Part shown: piece after piece, positions 23,092-35,659 of the stretch
How positions within the stretch are numbered: the first letter of the stretch is position 1
Layout of the letters: each line of letters opens with the position of its first letter
NCBI GenBank assembly: GCA_028534125.1
Contig: CM052832.1
Span: 23,624,001 to 23,688,000, forward strand
Reading direction: 5' to 3'
DNA: 64,000 nucleotides
Source of the DNA: Lama glama
Taxonomy: Eukaryota
Notes under the pieces: model-generated
What the model saw: only the letters and a program-made list of their open reading frames with translations
The model's database searches: none
Told to the model about the DNA's origin: nothing
Made by a program: the position numbers and the translations under genes

Positions 23092-25204
23092 GTAAGTGCT
23101 GGAACCGTTTCTGTCATATTGCCTGGTGGTGGGTTTAAGGCCCTTTCATCACAGACAATCATCCACATACTTTAGAAGAAATTAAGATATGTATTAGATC
23201 TTGGCTTTTTAAAAAAAAAAACAACACATGATCATTGGTAATGAAATTTTGCATGAACATGGCTGTGACCTGTGGTTTTTCTAAATGATTGATTAATTTG
23301 TTTAGTATAAATTTGCTTCAAAAAAGGGGGAAAAGGCACTTGTAATGATTCTAGTCTTTAAAAGGTGTAACCCAGAGATCACTTTAACTAACACTGAATC
23401 TTTCTAATGTGCCTATACACACTGCCCAGATTCTGAAGTTAATCTACCTAGAGGAATTGCACTCACTTGGAGTAAGTAATCATGCCTTTAGTTGTGGGTG
23501 TGTTTGAAAGCTTTTTTCATGTTGCCTGATGCTATTGCCAAGATTATTCTGTAGTCTGTGGCTGCTCCACAGTCCGTCACCGCCCATCATCCATACCGCT
23601 CAGGTGGCCTCTTTTAATTTGCTGGCAAAATAGATCCCGACTCCCTTGGTATCAGTCCTGCTTTCAGGATTGCTTATCTGTATTTTCCCACAGGTAGGTT
23701 GAAACTCTACCTGTAAAGCCTCATTCCCTAGCACTTGGTTTTCAAATTTCAAATTCAAGAAATAGTTTGTAAGATGCTATGTACCAGGCACTTTGGATTA
23801 GAAACGATACCTCAATGTAAAAACAAAACTGTGTATTCTCAGGCCTGGAAAGAATTCCCTGATTTTGTCTCAGCTTTCACTCTCCTGTGGTTTCCTAGAC
23901 TCTGAGGACGTGAGGCAGCTCGGAGCTCGATGCTCTTGTCCACACATGGTCTGCTCTGTGCGCAGAGCGTGGGACATTTCCTTTCCCGGCTGCTCCATGT
24001 CAGACCCATTCCAAAGGGTCGTCGGCGTGAGGCCCTTTAACAGTCCTAGAATATGTGGTCACACACACTGCGTGAGGCGGTCTGGAACCTCACCTGCCTG
24101 CTCCAGGCGCTGGGAGCTTCATAAATGACTTTGTTCCTTCTGTCCACTGAGGAGGGAAGAAGAGGCACCGTTTTCCCCTCCCCTCTCTGTCACTCTTCTC
24201 CTCTTTGTCCCTGTGTTCTCCCTGTCCTTCTGTTCCAAAGTTCCCACCCTCATTCCTGCCGGAGAAGGGTGCATATCAACAGCTGCTTCTCCATCTCTCT
24301 GATCTCAATGAGCTGCTCAGTCACTTGTCTGCCCTCCGCCTGCTTAATTAATCGTTGCTGCAGCACAGGGCTAGCAAGGCCGGGTGGCTGGGTGGTCACT
24401 CCTGCTCGTTCTCTGGCTGCTCAGATCTGTCTTTGATGTGGCACCTCTCACCACAGTGCATGGGCACTAAATTTAAACCTGTTTTAACAACACATTTTGG
24501 TAGAACACCCCACCGTGGGACTGCTAGATGGCCCTGCTGGGGCAGCCCCGGCAGATAGTTCGTTCCACTGTTCACAGTTTGCTTCATAGTTACTTTCTTT
24601 CCTTTCCTTTTATTATTTTAAAATAAAACCTGTCTCAGGGCTTTGAGCTAGCAGAGAGTAGGATGGAACCAGATTCTCTTGATGCAGGAAGTTTTGAGTA
24701 GCAGACTCTGTGTGATCAAACACACCATGAAACCCTCTAAGCAGGGTTTGATGGTACCATTTTTCTTGCTGGGCTCTTATCTGAGAGAGCTGCCTCTATG
24801 CTCCTGAGAAATCTAGCCCTCCATCTGCTCTTCATCTCCAAAACCATTGGACTGTCTGATATATTTCAGACAGCAGCTTTTCGAGGATGTTTTGGTAGAT
24901 TTTAAGGGTATTACTGGCTTGATTTGACATTCTAGTTTCTCTTAGAGAAGCTTTCATTTTATTTCTCCTCTTATAAATGGGTATAAACTGCTTTATGCCG
25001 GTGTTCCCTACTCACTTTATTTCCTTTTCCACTCTTGAAAAAAATTAGAGGGTCAATCAGTGGTTCACTCTGATCAAGTAAGTTGGCAATCATTTTTGAG
25101 AAGCAATATCAAGACATTGTTCCTTTTATTTTACAGCCCATCTATTACCAAAGTAACATGTAATTTCACAGAAAGTATAGTAAATACAGCTATGCTTGAT
25201 TCTT

Positions 25205-25349
25205 TTTTTAAACATTTTTATTGATTTATAATCATTTTACAATGTTGTGTCAAATTCCAGTGTAAAGCACAATTTTTCAGTTATACATGAACGTATATAT
25301 ATTCATTGTCACATTTTTTTCTCTGTTAGCTACCATAAGATCTTGTGTA
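25205..25349 (-). mobile_element. Young 5'-truncated L1 3' end
   Basis: TTTTATTGATTTATAATCATTTTACAATGTTGTGTC...; perfect 17-bp TSD AGCTATGCTTGATTCTT at 25188-25204 and 25350-25366. Confidence 0.9.
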
Positions 25350-28300
25350 AGCTATGCTTGATTCTTAAAGCAACATGTTGCTATCTGATCAATTTGAGAA
25401 GATACACAAATGCACTTTGTGTCTCCCATGAATAAGTATAGGCAACAGTAAGCCTCTGGAGACTCTTTTTAAGTCATGAAGTAGACAGAAGAGCAGAAAG
25501 AAAGTCAGTTCGCCCTCTCCTAGATCTTGCATAGGCAGCATATGATTTATGTCTCTTGTTTTACAGAAGAAACACAAGGCTTGTTGAGTGACTTACCCAA
25601 GGTCTCACAGTTAACAAGAGCATGAGAACTAAGGCCCCATCCTTTGGCAGAATTGGGCTGGCCCCAGTGACTCCAGGGGCTCCCAGAGGCAGTGCAGATG
25701 CAGTCACCCTGCTGCTCCTGCTGCTTCTTAAAAGGGGCTGCCCTGCCCTCAATACCATGGACAGAAGTGCCTGGGGAACCTCGGCCTATGGGGTCTTCCT
25801 GAAAACAGAGACCATCTCTCTGATTACAGTGGGAGTGAAAATGACTTTAATTGGGTGAACGTCTTTGCAGAAGGTCACTGCTTTAATGTAGGTTTTGATC
25901 CCTTTTTAAAATCAAGGTATTTTGTCTGTAAGTGGGTATCAGCTGCATAAACTAAATCTCAAAAATCAAATCGTGAAGGCTGTAGCCATAGAGAAGCCTG
26001 AGAACTTGACGCCATACTCCACTCTTAGGAAGAGCTTTCATTTTTTTTTTCGGTCCTTCAGACATAGTAGGAAAATGCTTCATCTCCTTTAAGATACAGT
26101 GATAAATAATATTTCTGGTATAAAATGTCTAACCAAATTCCCTTAAATACAGCTTAAATCAATTAAGTCCTCTCTTTTCTCCTTGAAGGCAATAACTTTA
26201 CAGACTTTATGCTTCCTTTTATTACATGCTGGAGAATGATTCCTCGCTCCTCAGTTTTCTTTCTTCTGGAACTACTTGCCCCTACTCCTTTCACTTTTCT
26301 CTTTGGGTCACTCTCGCACCCCTATCCCTACCCCAACTGCATAACTACGTGCTGATCCCTGTTTGAACTTCATCTCATAGGGTTTTTGTAGACTCTTCCA
26401 TTTTGCCAGAGTCATTCTAATCCTTTAGGAATAATTGTTTATCTTTGGGATTTTAATAAATGTATACCTATTTCTACACATTAAACTCACAAGTGAATGT
26501 TTCACTTGGCAGAGTTGTGTTTTAGGATGACAGACCTTCCCTCAGTGTTCAGAAGAAATAACTTCAGGCATAAAAGGGGCCCCGAGTTACAAATCCGCAT
26601 CTTCAAATTTGGTTTTCCTTGCAACAACTTCTTAGTAATTAATTGCATTAGGGATTCCTGGGCTTTGGGGATTAAAGCAGCTTAAATCAAAAAGAAATGT
26701 AAGAGGAACAAACACTTAAAATTCAATTTTGAATCTAAATAAGTGAAGTAGGGAATCTAGAAAATACAGCAAAAGTTACTGATTCAGGTAATTCTGTCCA
26801 ATTTTTGCTCCTTTACCAGTGTTCCCTCCAACCCCAGGAAAAGATCTCTCTACCCCACCCCCTTTTTAACTGTGCTACTTAATTAGAATGCAGCTAAAGA
26901 TAAGATAGCAAGGTTAGTGTTGCTAAAAGTTTTGTTTTGCTAATTTCTGCAACTTTATCACTGACATTTGATAGTCACCTTTGATTAATAGCCAAGGAAT
27001 TAAGGCTCCTGATGCTTTTAAATAATTTGTATTCAAGTCATTTTAAAACCCAAGAAGCACTGAAGAATATTAAGCTATTTTTAGGTATTTAGCATCTTAC
27101 AAGATAGAAAATATTGCTATGGAATTAAGTAGATGAAATTTTTCTCCACTTGTAAACTCCCATCAGCCATATCTGCTCTCCATCCCCATCATCTTCTCCC
27201 TCCCCCTCTCCCTGCTTCTCTTTCTATCTCCCCTGAAATGACACTTTAATGAGTTAGGTTAATGTTTTGGTTCTAGGTCTTTACAGTGACCCTGTTGTTA
27301 TACTGAATGAAATTTCATCCACCCAGGCATCATCCAGGATTGTTTTTAGAGCGAGGACCCACAGTTGTAACTCCCTGAGGACAGGGACCATGCCTGTCTT
27401 TGCTCAACACTGGTATTCTCAGTTCTTAGGACAATGGCTGGCATGTAATGGATGTTGAACATTTGTCGGATGAAAGTCACATTTTAAAAGAGAAAAGGAA
27501 TATTTGCAATGGCATCAGATGCTTATGACGTTAATTTTAAATGACTAGATAATTTCATTGATTTTTATTTGAAAATAAGATGCCGTGTGTTTTACATTGT
27601 TTCCCACCAAATATAAAGGAATCTTTCACTCAGCGAGAGAGACTGAAAGTTGATAACGCTCACACTTGCATGTCCACCAATCTTTATAAACAGGACCTAA
27701 AACTATTTGACAAAGGAGATTTTCATTTAAATCTCACTGTCTTCCTCACCTGCTAGTCAAATTCTCTATCCATGCTTCTCAGAAGCCCTAGTAAACAGTC
27801 AGATTAGTTTAGTATTTTACAGACTTGCACTATTTAGTATAATACTGAGAATGGATGTTGAAATCGTGTTCTTTGCCCTTTTGCTCTTGCGGGGGAGGGG
27901 TGTCTTTGTGTCACTGCCCTTCCTCTCCATAAAATAGCTCAGAAAACTTTTTGCAAATCATCTTATTCACCTGCATTTTGCTCCCCAAGGTGCGGATTGT
28001 AAGAACAAATGAAACGGCAGCTCTTCTCTGCCTCTGGCTGCCCTTCTACTCACTTAATTAGGAAAGGAAACACATCTAGCTGAAAACTAACTGCGAGGAA
28101 CTAATTAAAAGTCCACTGAACTTCCTTCCGTCCTTTCCTTTAAACCAGGGGAGGGAAGGTTTCTAATTATCAGCATTGAGTGAGCACAGAAAAAAATAAA
28201 TCTCCTTCATATTGGATGATACTGGGTTCACACTCACAGACCTCTGAGGATAATGGACCTGTGTCCACAAAAGGTGACTAGACTTAACCAAATTCAGAAA

Positions 28301-28418
28301 CACAAAAAACACTAAACATGTGAAGGTGAATGCCTTTAACAGCAGAGCACTTACAACCTGTCTCAACAGTACACATGCTATAAGGAGCTCACGGCTGACT
28401 TTTGCTTCATTTCTGTAG

Positions 28419-29294
28419 GACTCTGAAGAGGAGGACAGTGATCTGGAAGCTCTTAACCGGAAGCTGATAAGCTCGCAGCCTTACGTGCCTGTGGAGTTTG
28501 CTGACTTCAGTGTTTACAATGCCAGCCTGGAGAACAGAGAGTGGTTTTCTTCCAAAGTGGATTTGATGAACTCCAAGGTCCTGGAGAAAGAAGTGGCCCG
28601 CAGTCCCACCACCAGCAGCATCACCAGTGGCTACTTCTCCCACAGTGCCTCCAACGCCACCCTGTCTGACATGGTGGTCCCTTCTAGTGACAGCTCAGAC
28701 CAGCTGGCCCTTCAGACGAAGGACGCAGACTCCAGCGAACATGCCGGACCATCATTTGTGCATGATCTCAGACCATCCTCAAACAAAGAGTTGACAGAAC
28801 TAGAAAGAGGCTCGGTAAAGGATAAGATGACTCCGGTGCCACTCAAGGAAAATAGTGCCTTAGCCAAAGGGAGCCCACCATCCCAAAGCATCCCTGAGAA
28901 AAGCTCCAAAACGCTCTGTAGGACCGGCTCATGTTCCGAGCAAGAGACTTGCTCCAGCAAAAACGGCCAGCCAGCCAGAGGATTCTGCCCCAGGGAAGTG
29001 ACCATAGAGCACACCACCAACATCCTCGAGGACCATTCTTTCACAGAGTTTATGGGAGTGTCAGATGGGAAAGATTTTGATGGCTTGACAGACCCTTCTG
29101 CTGGAGAACTTTCAAGTAGGAGGAACCTACCACATACATTGGACAGTAAGAGTGTCTCAGATGGGCCACAGGACCTTGGCCAGCTGTGTTCTTTGGCAGA
29201 GAATGACCAGGTAATAAATTCCAGGGGCAGTCCTTTGGGTCCTGGGCGATCAATGAGGGCACCTAATTGGGCCCCAACTCCCAGAGGTCCTTGA
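28419..29294 (+). CDS. KIF13A: KIF13A last coding exon (approx. 39) to stop TGA
   Basis: ttctgtag|GAC TCT GAA...; 876 nt open frame DSEEEDSDLEALNRKLISSQPYVPVEFADFSVYNASLENREWFSSK...ENDQVINSRGSPLGPGRSMRAPNWAPTPRGP*; no CAP-Gly domain, unlike KIF13B. Confidence 0.93.
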   Translation, partial: DSEEEDSDLEALNRKLISSQPYVPVEFADFSVYNASLENREWFSSKVDLMNSKVLEKEVARSPTTSSITSGYFSHSASNATLSDMVVPSSDSSDQLALQTKDADSSEHAGPSFVHDLRPSSNKELTELERGSVKDKMTPVPLKENSALAKGSPPSQSIPEKSSKTLCRTGSCSEQETCSSKNGQPARGFCPREVTIEHTTNILEDHSFTEFMGVSDGKDFDGLTDPSAGELSSRRNLPHTLDSKSVSDGPQDLGQLCSLAENDQVINSRGSPLGPGRSMRAPNWAPTPRGP

Positions 29295-29654
29295 AAATAG
29301 TGACTTAGGAGGAGAGATTCATTCAGGTGTTTCTGACAGGGAAGATGAGCCCACCGGGGGACCAGGCTCACATCCTGCCCAGCTGGCTGGGGTCGGGGAG
29401 CAAGTCCCCAAGTCTGCTTGTATCACAGTGGAACTATGAAATATACTAGCGGACTAGTGGCTTTTTAAACTGGTGTATGGGTTCATGTTGAATTAAGCAT
29501 TCACATGGGTAGGGATCAGTCGATCGATCTTGTGTTCCTTCCCTGAAACATATAATTACTGACCATCCCAAGAATATCTTGGTGGTAGCATATACCATAT
29601 GTCATCAAATCTGTGATTTTTCTGATGATTAGATCTACCATTATTTTATGTCTC

Positions 29655-30289
29655 ATTAAAAAAAATACTTCCAATTAAACTATCATTATCAGCAATTTCA
29701 GCGATGTTGAAAAGCTCAGTGTGGGGGAGGCATGCATTGCAGATTTGTTAAAATACAGACATTTGGAACCATAGGATAAAAAGTGCTTTGGGGAAGTGTA
29801 GGTGAAATCCTGCGCAATTCAAACTTGGGGTTTGGAAGTTACCCAGGTTGGTTTATTATAGTGTTTCATTTTCATATTGGAACAAAGTGGGTTTTGCCAA
29901 TATTCCTAAGAAAAATAGTGAATTTTATTAATAAGAGATTATCTACTTCTGGGTACCACTGTCTCTTCCCATTTGGGGTCCCACACCCCAGCTGTAGCTG
30001 TGTGAGAGATAGGGGAGCTCCAGGATTAGCCAAAGAGCTGACAGAACCAGAAAGCAGCTCGGTGACGGAGAAGATAATTGGGGTGCCCTTCAGTCTCTCT
30101 GTTTTGCTGAGGAAGTTATCATTCCAGTTTGGTGGCTCTTTACCCCCACGTTTTCCATGCTAGTCTTTAAAATTTCAGTATGTGATCATTTATACAGCAT
30201 ATGCATACAGAAACTGCAAAAACCAAACAGCGGTCTCTTACACCTCAAAAAAAGTCTTCTTTCCCCAACAAAATGTAAAATAAAATAAA
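29655..30289 (+). terminator. Candidate KIF13A polyadenylation signals
   Basis: ATTAAA at 29655-29660 and 29674-29679; overlapping AATAAA at 30279-30284 and 30284-30289 followed by T/GT-rich sequence; which is used cannot be seen. Confidence 0.5.
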
Positions 30290-33200
30290 GTTGCTCATTA
30301 CTGTTCTTGCAAACCGAACATTCATTTGTTTAAAAGTCTTCAGCTTCCTTTATACTGTTCTTGAACAGAATCCATGTTGCTGTCCTGCCTCAGTTTTTTA
30401 GTCCTTCCAAGAAGCCCAGGAAGAACGTGGTCAGGAAGTCCAGGGGTTAAGTCTTCACCTTAGAACAACACTTACCAAACCTAAATGCACAGTAGACTCA
30501 CTGGGGGGTGTTGGGTGAAGGTGCCTCTTAAAAATTCAAATTCCTGGGAGTCACTGTCCTCCAAAGCTAAGATTTTGCTTCAGTATGAGGTGCAGTGAGG
30601 GGGATAAGATTTTCACAAACCCCTCTGCTAAAGTAATACGGGTGGGATGTCTGGGGGCTGCACTGTTTGAAGCATGGCCCATAGAAGAGGGAGGAGCAGC
30701 GACCCCCCCCACCTTGTTTCAGTGCCTGGGTTATTTGTCCAATAGCAGGAACAGTACCTAATTTTTGCTTTCAAAAGGCTCTGGAATAGCGTGTCCCTGC
30801 CAAAGATCTTGCTTTAAAAGTTGAATTTACAAAAAATAGTTTTTGTATCAGGGTAATGTGGGACTATGGGGATTTTTTTTTTCTTTTTTTAAAAAAAGTT
30901 ACTTTAGTATTTTTGTTATATTGGTTTTAATAGATTATGTTGACAGTGTTTTGAGAACTTTTAAGTACTAAAGTTTGACTTCTGTTCTTACCCTGGTATG
31001 ACTGAGAACGTGGACCCAGAAATAACATGTTTTTACTTTAACTTTGGGTCTTACTGTCATTACTTTTCCTAGAAGCTTCACCTTGGAGCTAGGTTTCTCC
31101 CTTCTAGGGTGTAAATTCTAGAACTTGATTCCATAGCAAATGGGATCCTGTGGGTCCCTGCAGGAAGAGCCCCTGGTGTGGGGTGGGCAGGGTCTGGCCG
31201 AGGGTGGTCCCTGTGGGTGGGGAAGGGTGGGGGGGACAGGAGCTTGAACTCACCAGCCTCTGCATTCCAGGGGAGCGCGGGCACTCGGTGAGAGGCAGCA
31301 CGCCCTTCCTCCGAAGGCCCCAGCATCTGTGTTCCGGTAGCCTCGTGGGAGCACCAGCCCCATCTTTAAAACCTGCGGCAGCCCAGTCGGACCTCAGACC
31401 AGCATGAAGAAGCCGTGCGCTTCTGGGGCCACCTCCGCTCCCTTCCAGAGCAGGGAAGGGCAGCGCTTTGTCACTTTGCTGAACCAGCAACCTCTGCTTT
31501 TTCCCAGAGAACCGAAAATCCTGGATGAATTAAGTGGCAGTATTTTTGTTTGCACTCACTACACACCCCCACTGTGTAGAAACCTCCACAGATTCAAACA
31601 GACTTTATTCTTGTACAATTTTAATTGGTTCTTACTGTAGAATCTGGAGTCAATGCTCTAATTTTTTTTTATAAATAATATATATGATGTATATGAAATG
31701 TGTTATCTATAGTATGTCTGGCGACAGACGAGACTGCACACTAAAATGGGGATAAAAGTGGTTTGTAGAGAATCGTAAGGTACTGGACTTTGTTACAAAC
31801 TTGGGCCATCTCTCAGAACATGAGCAGATGAGAAAGATTGTATCGCCTAAGAGTGAGGCTGCAAATCCCTCTCTGCAGCTAAGGTTACAGGATGCCGTTC
31901 TTTATAACCAAAGAACTTACATAAGACTGAACGTTTCTGCTGTCCTCTCCTGTTTTATGTGTACAAACGTGTTTTACTGCAAGCTGGGTGCCATACTCCC
32001 CTTGGCCGCCGGGCTGAGTGCTGCCACTCTCTGTCCCTGGTTTCATAAGCACACTGAACACTCTCACAGCCCCGATCTTTGGTCTTCCACCTGGCCTGCC
32101 ACCTGCTGATGTGACGTGGTATTCTGGCCGTTGGCAGTGACGGGGGCTCTGACCCCAGCATTACTGGTACCTTGGTTCAGTCCAGCCAGGCAGGTGGGAT
32201 GCACGGAGCAGTATTACTGTTAAGAAAACACAAGGACATGCCAAGCGTCGGGTTCAGGGGAGGAGAGGGTGTTGATTTTCGTCTTTTTGTGGTTTTGTTT
32301 GGGATTGGTAGGTTTTGTTGTGGTGTGGTTTTGCCATTGTTATTTTACTTACATTCGGGAAAATGCTGAAGAGTTGGAATGAGCTATAAATACCGTTCAC
32401 GGGTGCCCACTTCACTGTCTTTGCAGGAGATGATTGAGTACAGACAACCTGCTGTCCTTGTCTTCATTTGTAAGATGCTCTTACCGATGGAGACGGAAGG
32501 AGTATGTGTGCGGAAGTTTTTCCAAAAGTACTTTGTGTACCTATCATGTAGATGCCTGTACAATTGGCCTGGATGTACAGCAATAAATGTATTGTGGGAG
32601 CCAGAGGAGGTGTACAGCCTGCTGTACCTGTTTCCTTCAAGTTCTTAGCGTCAGTAAATGGGTAAGATATTGGAGATTTTAAGGAAAAGCTGCTGTCATG
32701 AATTATGTGTATAGTGAGCTGACTGTAGTATTTTACTATTGTCTGTTTAAAGAAGAAAAACTGTAATTTATATCCCCTTTCAACTTTATTGTATTTAATT
32801 GGTACAGATGGTGTGTGTGTGTGTGTTTTAGAATACAGACTGTCTAATTTGGATTTTAAAGCATCGGTTGTTTGTCTTTAATAACTCTGCCATTAGTTTC
32901 AGATCCGTTTTCCATATTTGTTTGCATGCATGTGTGTCCCTGTAGCTTAAACCATAATAGTAACAGCGAACATTCACTGGGGGTTGACTGTGTACTTGAC
33001 ACTGTTCCCAACTTGTGATGTTTATGTCACTTAATCCTCAGAGCAGCAGATGCCTTTGGTGCTGTTGTTACTAAGTGGTGGACGCGTGGAGGGCGGCAAC
33101 ACTTCCATCAGCCTCTCCTCTCCGTGTTCTGTCTGGTGACGTGTTGGGGAGGGACAGGCCTCTTGAGGGGGGACCACCCCCCTTCAGAGAGCAGAAGGGC

Positions 33201-34613
33201 TGTGGTAAGGGTCACAAGTCCAGACTGACCAACATTAGTGGGGATGATCTGCCACAGGTGGGATGGGGTGTGCTCCACGTGGTCACGGTGCTCAAGGTCT
33301 TCAGAGGAAGCAGCAGCGCCCGCCACCCGGGAGGGGTGGCTAAAGAGAGCTTAGTATGAAAGTGTCATCTAAAAACAGCTTTACAGAAGCTTTTCAGAAA
33401 AATCTCCGTTGTTCCCAATGGCCTTTCTGATGTGGTCAGGAACTAGAGCTAGCCTGTTCTGGACAGAGGGACTTCCACGAGAAAGTAGAAAGGATTTGAA
33501 TGTTACAGAATGGGGGCTGGGGGAGGAAAGCAGCTGTTTAACAGTTAAAGAAATCATGGCAACTACAAATACAGTTCAGGACAAAATAAGCTAATTGTCG
33601 TTCCCTTTACTAGTATGTGATCTATTACGTGATCAGTGGCATTTGGTCAGTGGCATCGTCATTTGTCACTAACTGGGGGAGCGCACACTGGCTTTAGGAC
33701 AGATTGGATACTTAACTATAGGCAATGTGTGTAACAGTTAATTTCCAAAGTACAATATTACTGCTGTCATCACATTTGTTTATCATTATTTGGACACACA
33801 TTTTGTCATAGCGAAAATTTAGATTTGTGTTTCTAGGGCATCGACTTATGGGAAAAACTGTTCATAAAAAATAATTCTAGGGTAGGTGAGGGCAAGATAC
33901 TATCTTAAAAATTATCCTGTTCTAGCCAATATATATTTTGAAAATTATAATATTCAAGCTTTAGAACTACGTTAGGGAAAAAAGATTACATGATTAATTA
34001 CTAATTACATGATTAATCTTTATTTTTAAAAAGTTTCTGGTCATGTAAATGAAAAGTCTTGAAAGACGATGTAAATGAATAAGAGTTCTTGCATTCTCTT
34101 CTGGATCAAGAGCTAAAAACAGAAGAGGCTGCTATGGTACACAACCATGTAGAGAGATCTTTGTATTCAGCCTTGAGTTTATTGCACTAACACTAGCACA
34201 TGTGTCTTTCTGTAATATTGAGCCTACCTCCCAAATTAAAAAAACAACAGAAATTCACCCTGTAATCTACAGCAGTTTGTCTCAGTTTTCTCCTGACCTG
34301 GAGGAAAGGCTGTCTCTTCTCAAGCCCAGCAGCACCCACTAGACATCTCAGGGTGGACAGCATCCTGCCAGCAGGGGAACCTGGAACATGGAGGACTCCA
34401 CGAGAATGCCAGGAGGCAAGTTCTGCCCATAACACGTTATGAACTGGAGCTGACAGGAGTGAAAAAACCCCAAAGTCTTCCATGTAACCTTGTCATTTGT
34501 TTCTAATCCCCTCAGCCAAGGGCAAAGGTAGTTTTAGATTTGAGTGCCACTTAATGGTCTTTTTTTTTTTTTCCACAGACACAGTAAGTGAAGTTGAAAT
34601 AAAACTTAGTCTT

Positions 34614-34717
34614 AATTAGGTGTATTTATCTATTTATTTTTAAGGAGGTACCGGGGATTGAACCCTGGACCTCATGCATGCTAAGCATGTGCTCTACCGC
34701 TGAAATATACGCTCCCC
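34614..34717 (-). mobile_element. tRNA-Ala(AGC)-derived SINE (vic-1-like)
   Basis: A/B boxes and CTTAGCATGC arm on minus strand; TSD ac(t/c)tagtctt at 34604-34613 and 34718-34727. Confidence 0.9.
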
Positions 34718-35659
34718 ACCTAGTCTTCAACTTTCTGATGTTCTGGGACACACACTCACCTCTGTGTTTTTTGGAAAAACAAGTTATTTCCTCCTTTGTG
34801 AGGGGTGCCTTTGTCACTGCATACAGTTCTTAGAATTCTGTAGGTCAAAGAAGATGGTTTGGGTGCCTCCGTCACCATAATCTGAGCCCAGCTGGCAACA
34901 ACCATCATCTTGGAGCTTGCTGTAGGCTTCTCAGCATCAGACTGGGTCCCTGAGAAAGAAACTCTTGACTCCTTATGGGACTCTGTTTATGAAGACACTG
35001 AGGGGCTGATTCATAGAACAGTGAATGTTTTACAAAGAGAAAGGTAAGTTGAAATTGGAGTCTCTGGAAGAAGATCAACTTGGAGAGGGGAAAAGGGTCC
35101 AGTTTGGTTTTGGAGTAGAGGAGTACAAACCAACTTGACCCTTTCACAATACCTAAAACACCTGTAACTGTTTACACTTTAAAACTAGAGCACATCGTGT
35201 TTATCACAACTTCATCTGCCTGAACCAAGTCGTACAGAGATGTTCTTAGGTTTCTTTGTTATCGTTGGTCTTTTCTTAGTCTAGCATGCATTTGGGGAGA
35301 TACTGCAGCAGAGCAGAGGTATTTTTCTTTGACTAAAGATCTTAGGAGAACAGATCCGAGCCACAAGCCACACCTTCATGTAATTGATGAGTCACACCTG
35401 TTGAATCAGCATACTGTTTACCTAGCATGGGGTTAATCTCAAAGAAGCCAAGCCGCTTAAAAACACCAGAGTTAGAACACTGAGCCGTAGCAACAGCCAA
35501 GACAAGAGCAATTCACTGAGAATGACGCTTTAAGAGCTAACCTCAGGACCACTTGGGTCCAAGGCTGTCTTGATGATGATACGAGAATGCCACCTTACCC
35601 ACAGTGTTTTCTAGTCCTTTTATAGGTAGTGGTATATGTGAGAAAGCTAGTGCATTAAT

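Noticed and set aside
23885..23910. ttcctag-ACTCTGAGGAC resembling the start of the terminal exon (tag-GACTCTGAAGAG)
   Set aside because: Similarity spans about 10 nt only and does not extend; likely chance.
28712..29371. 219-aa antisense ORF
   Set aside because: Shadow of the KIF13A terminal exon; no recognisable protein and no independent gene signals.
33985..34018. Repeated ATTACATGATTAAT
   Set aside because: Short AT-rich tandem duplication with no supporting context.
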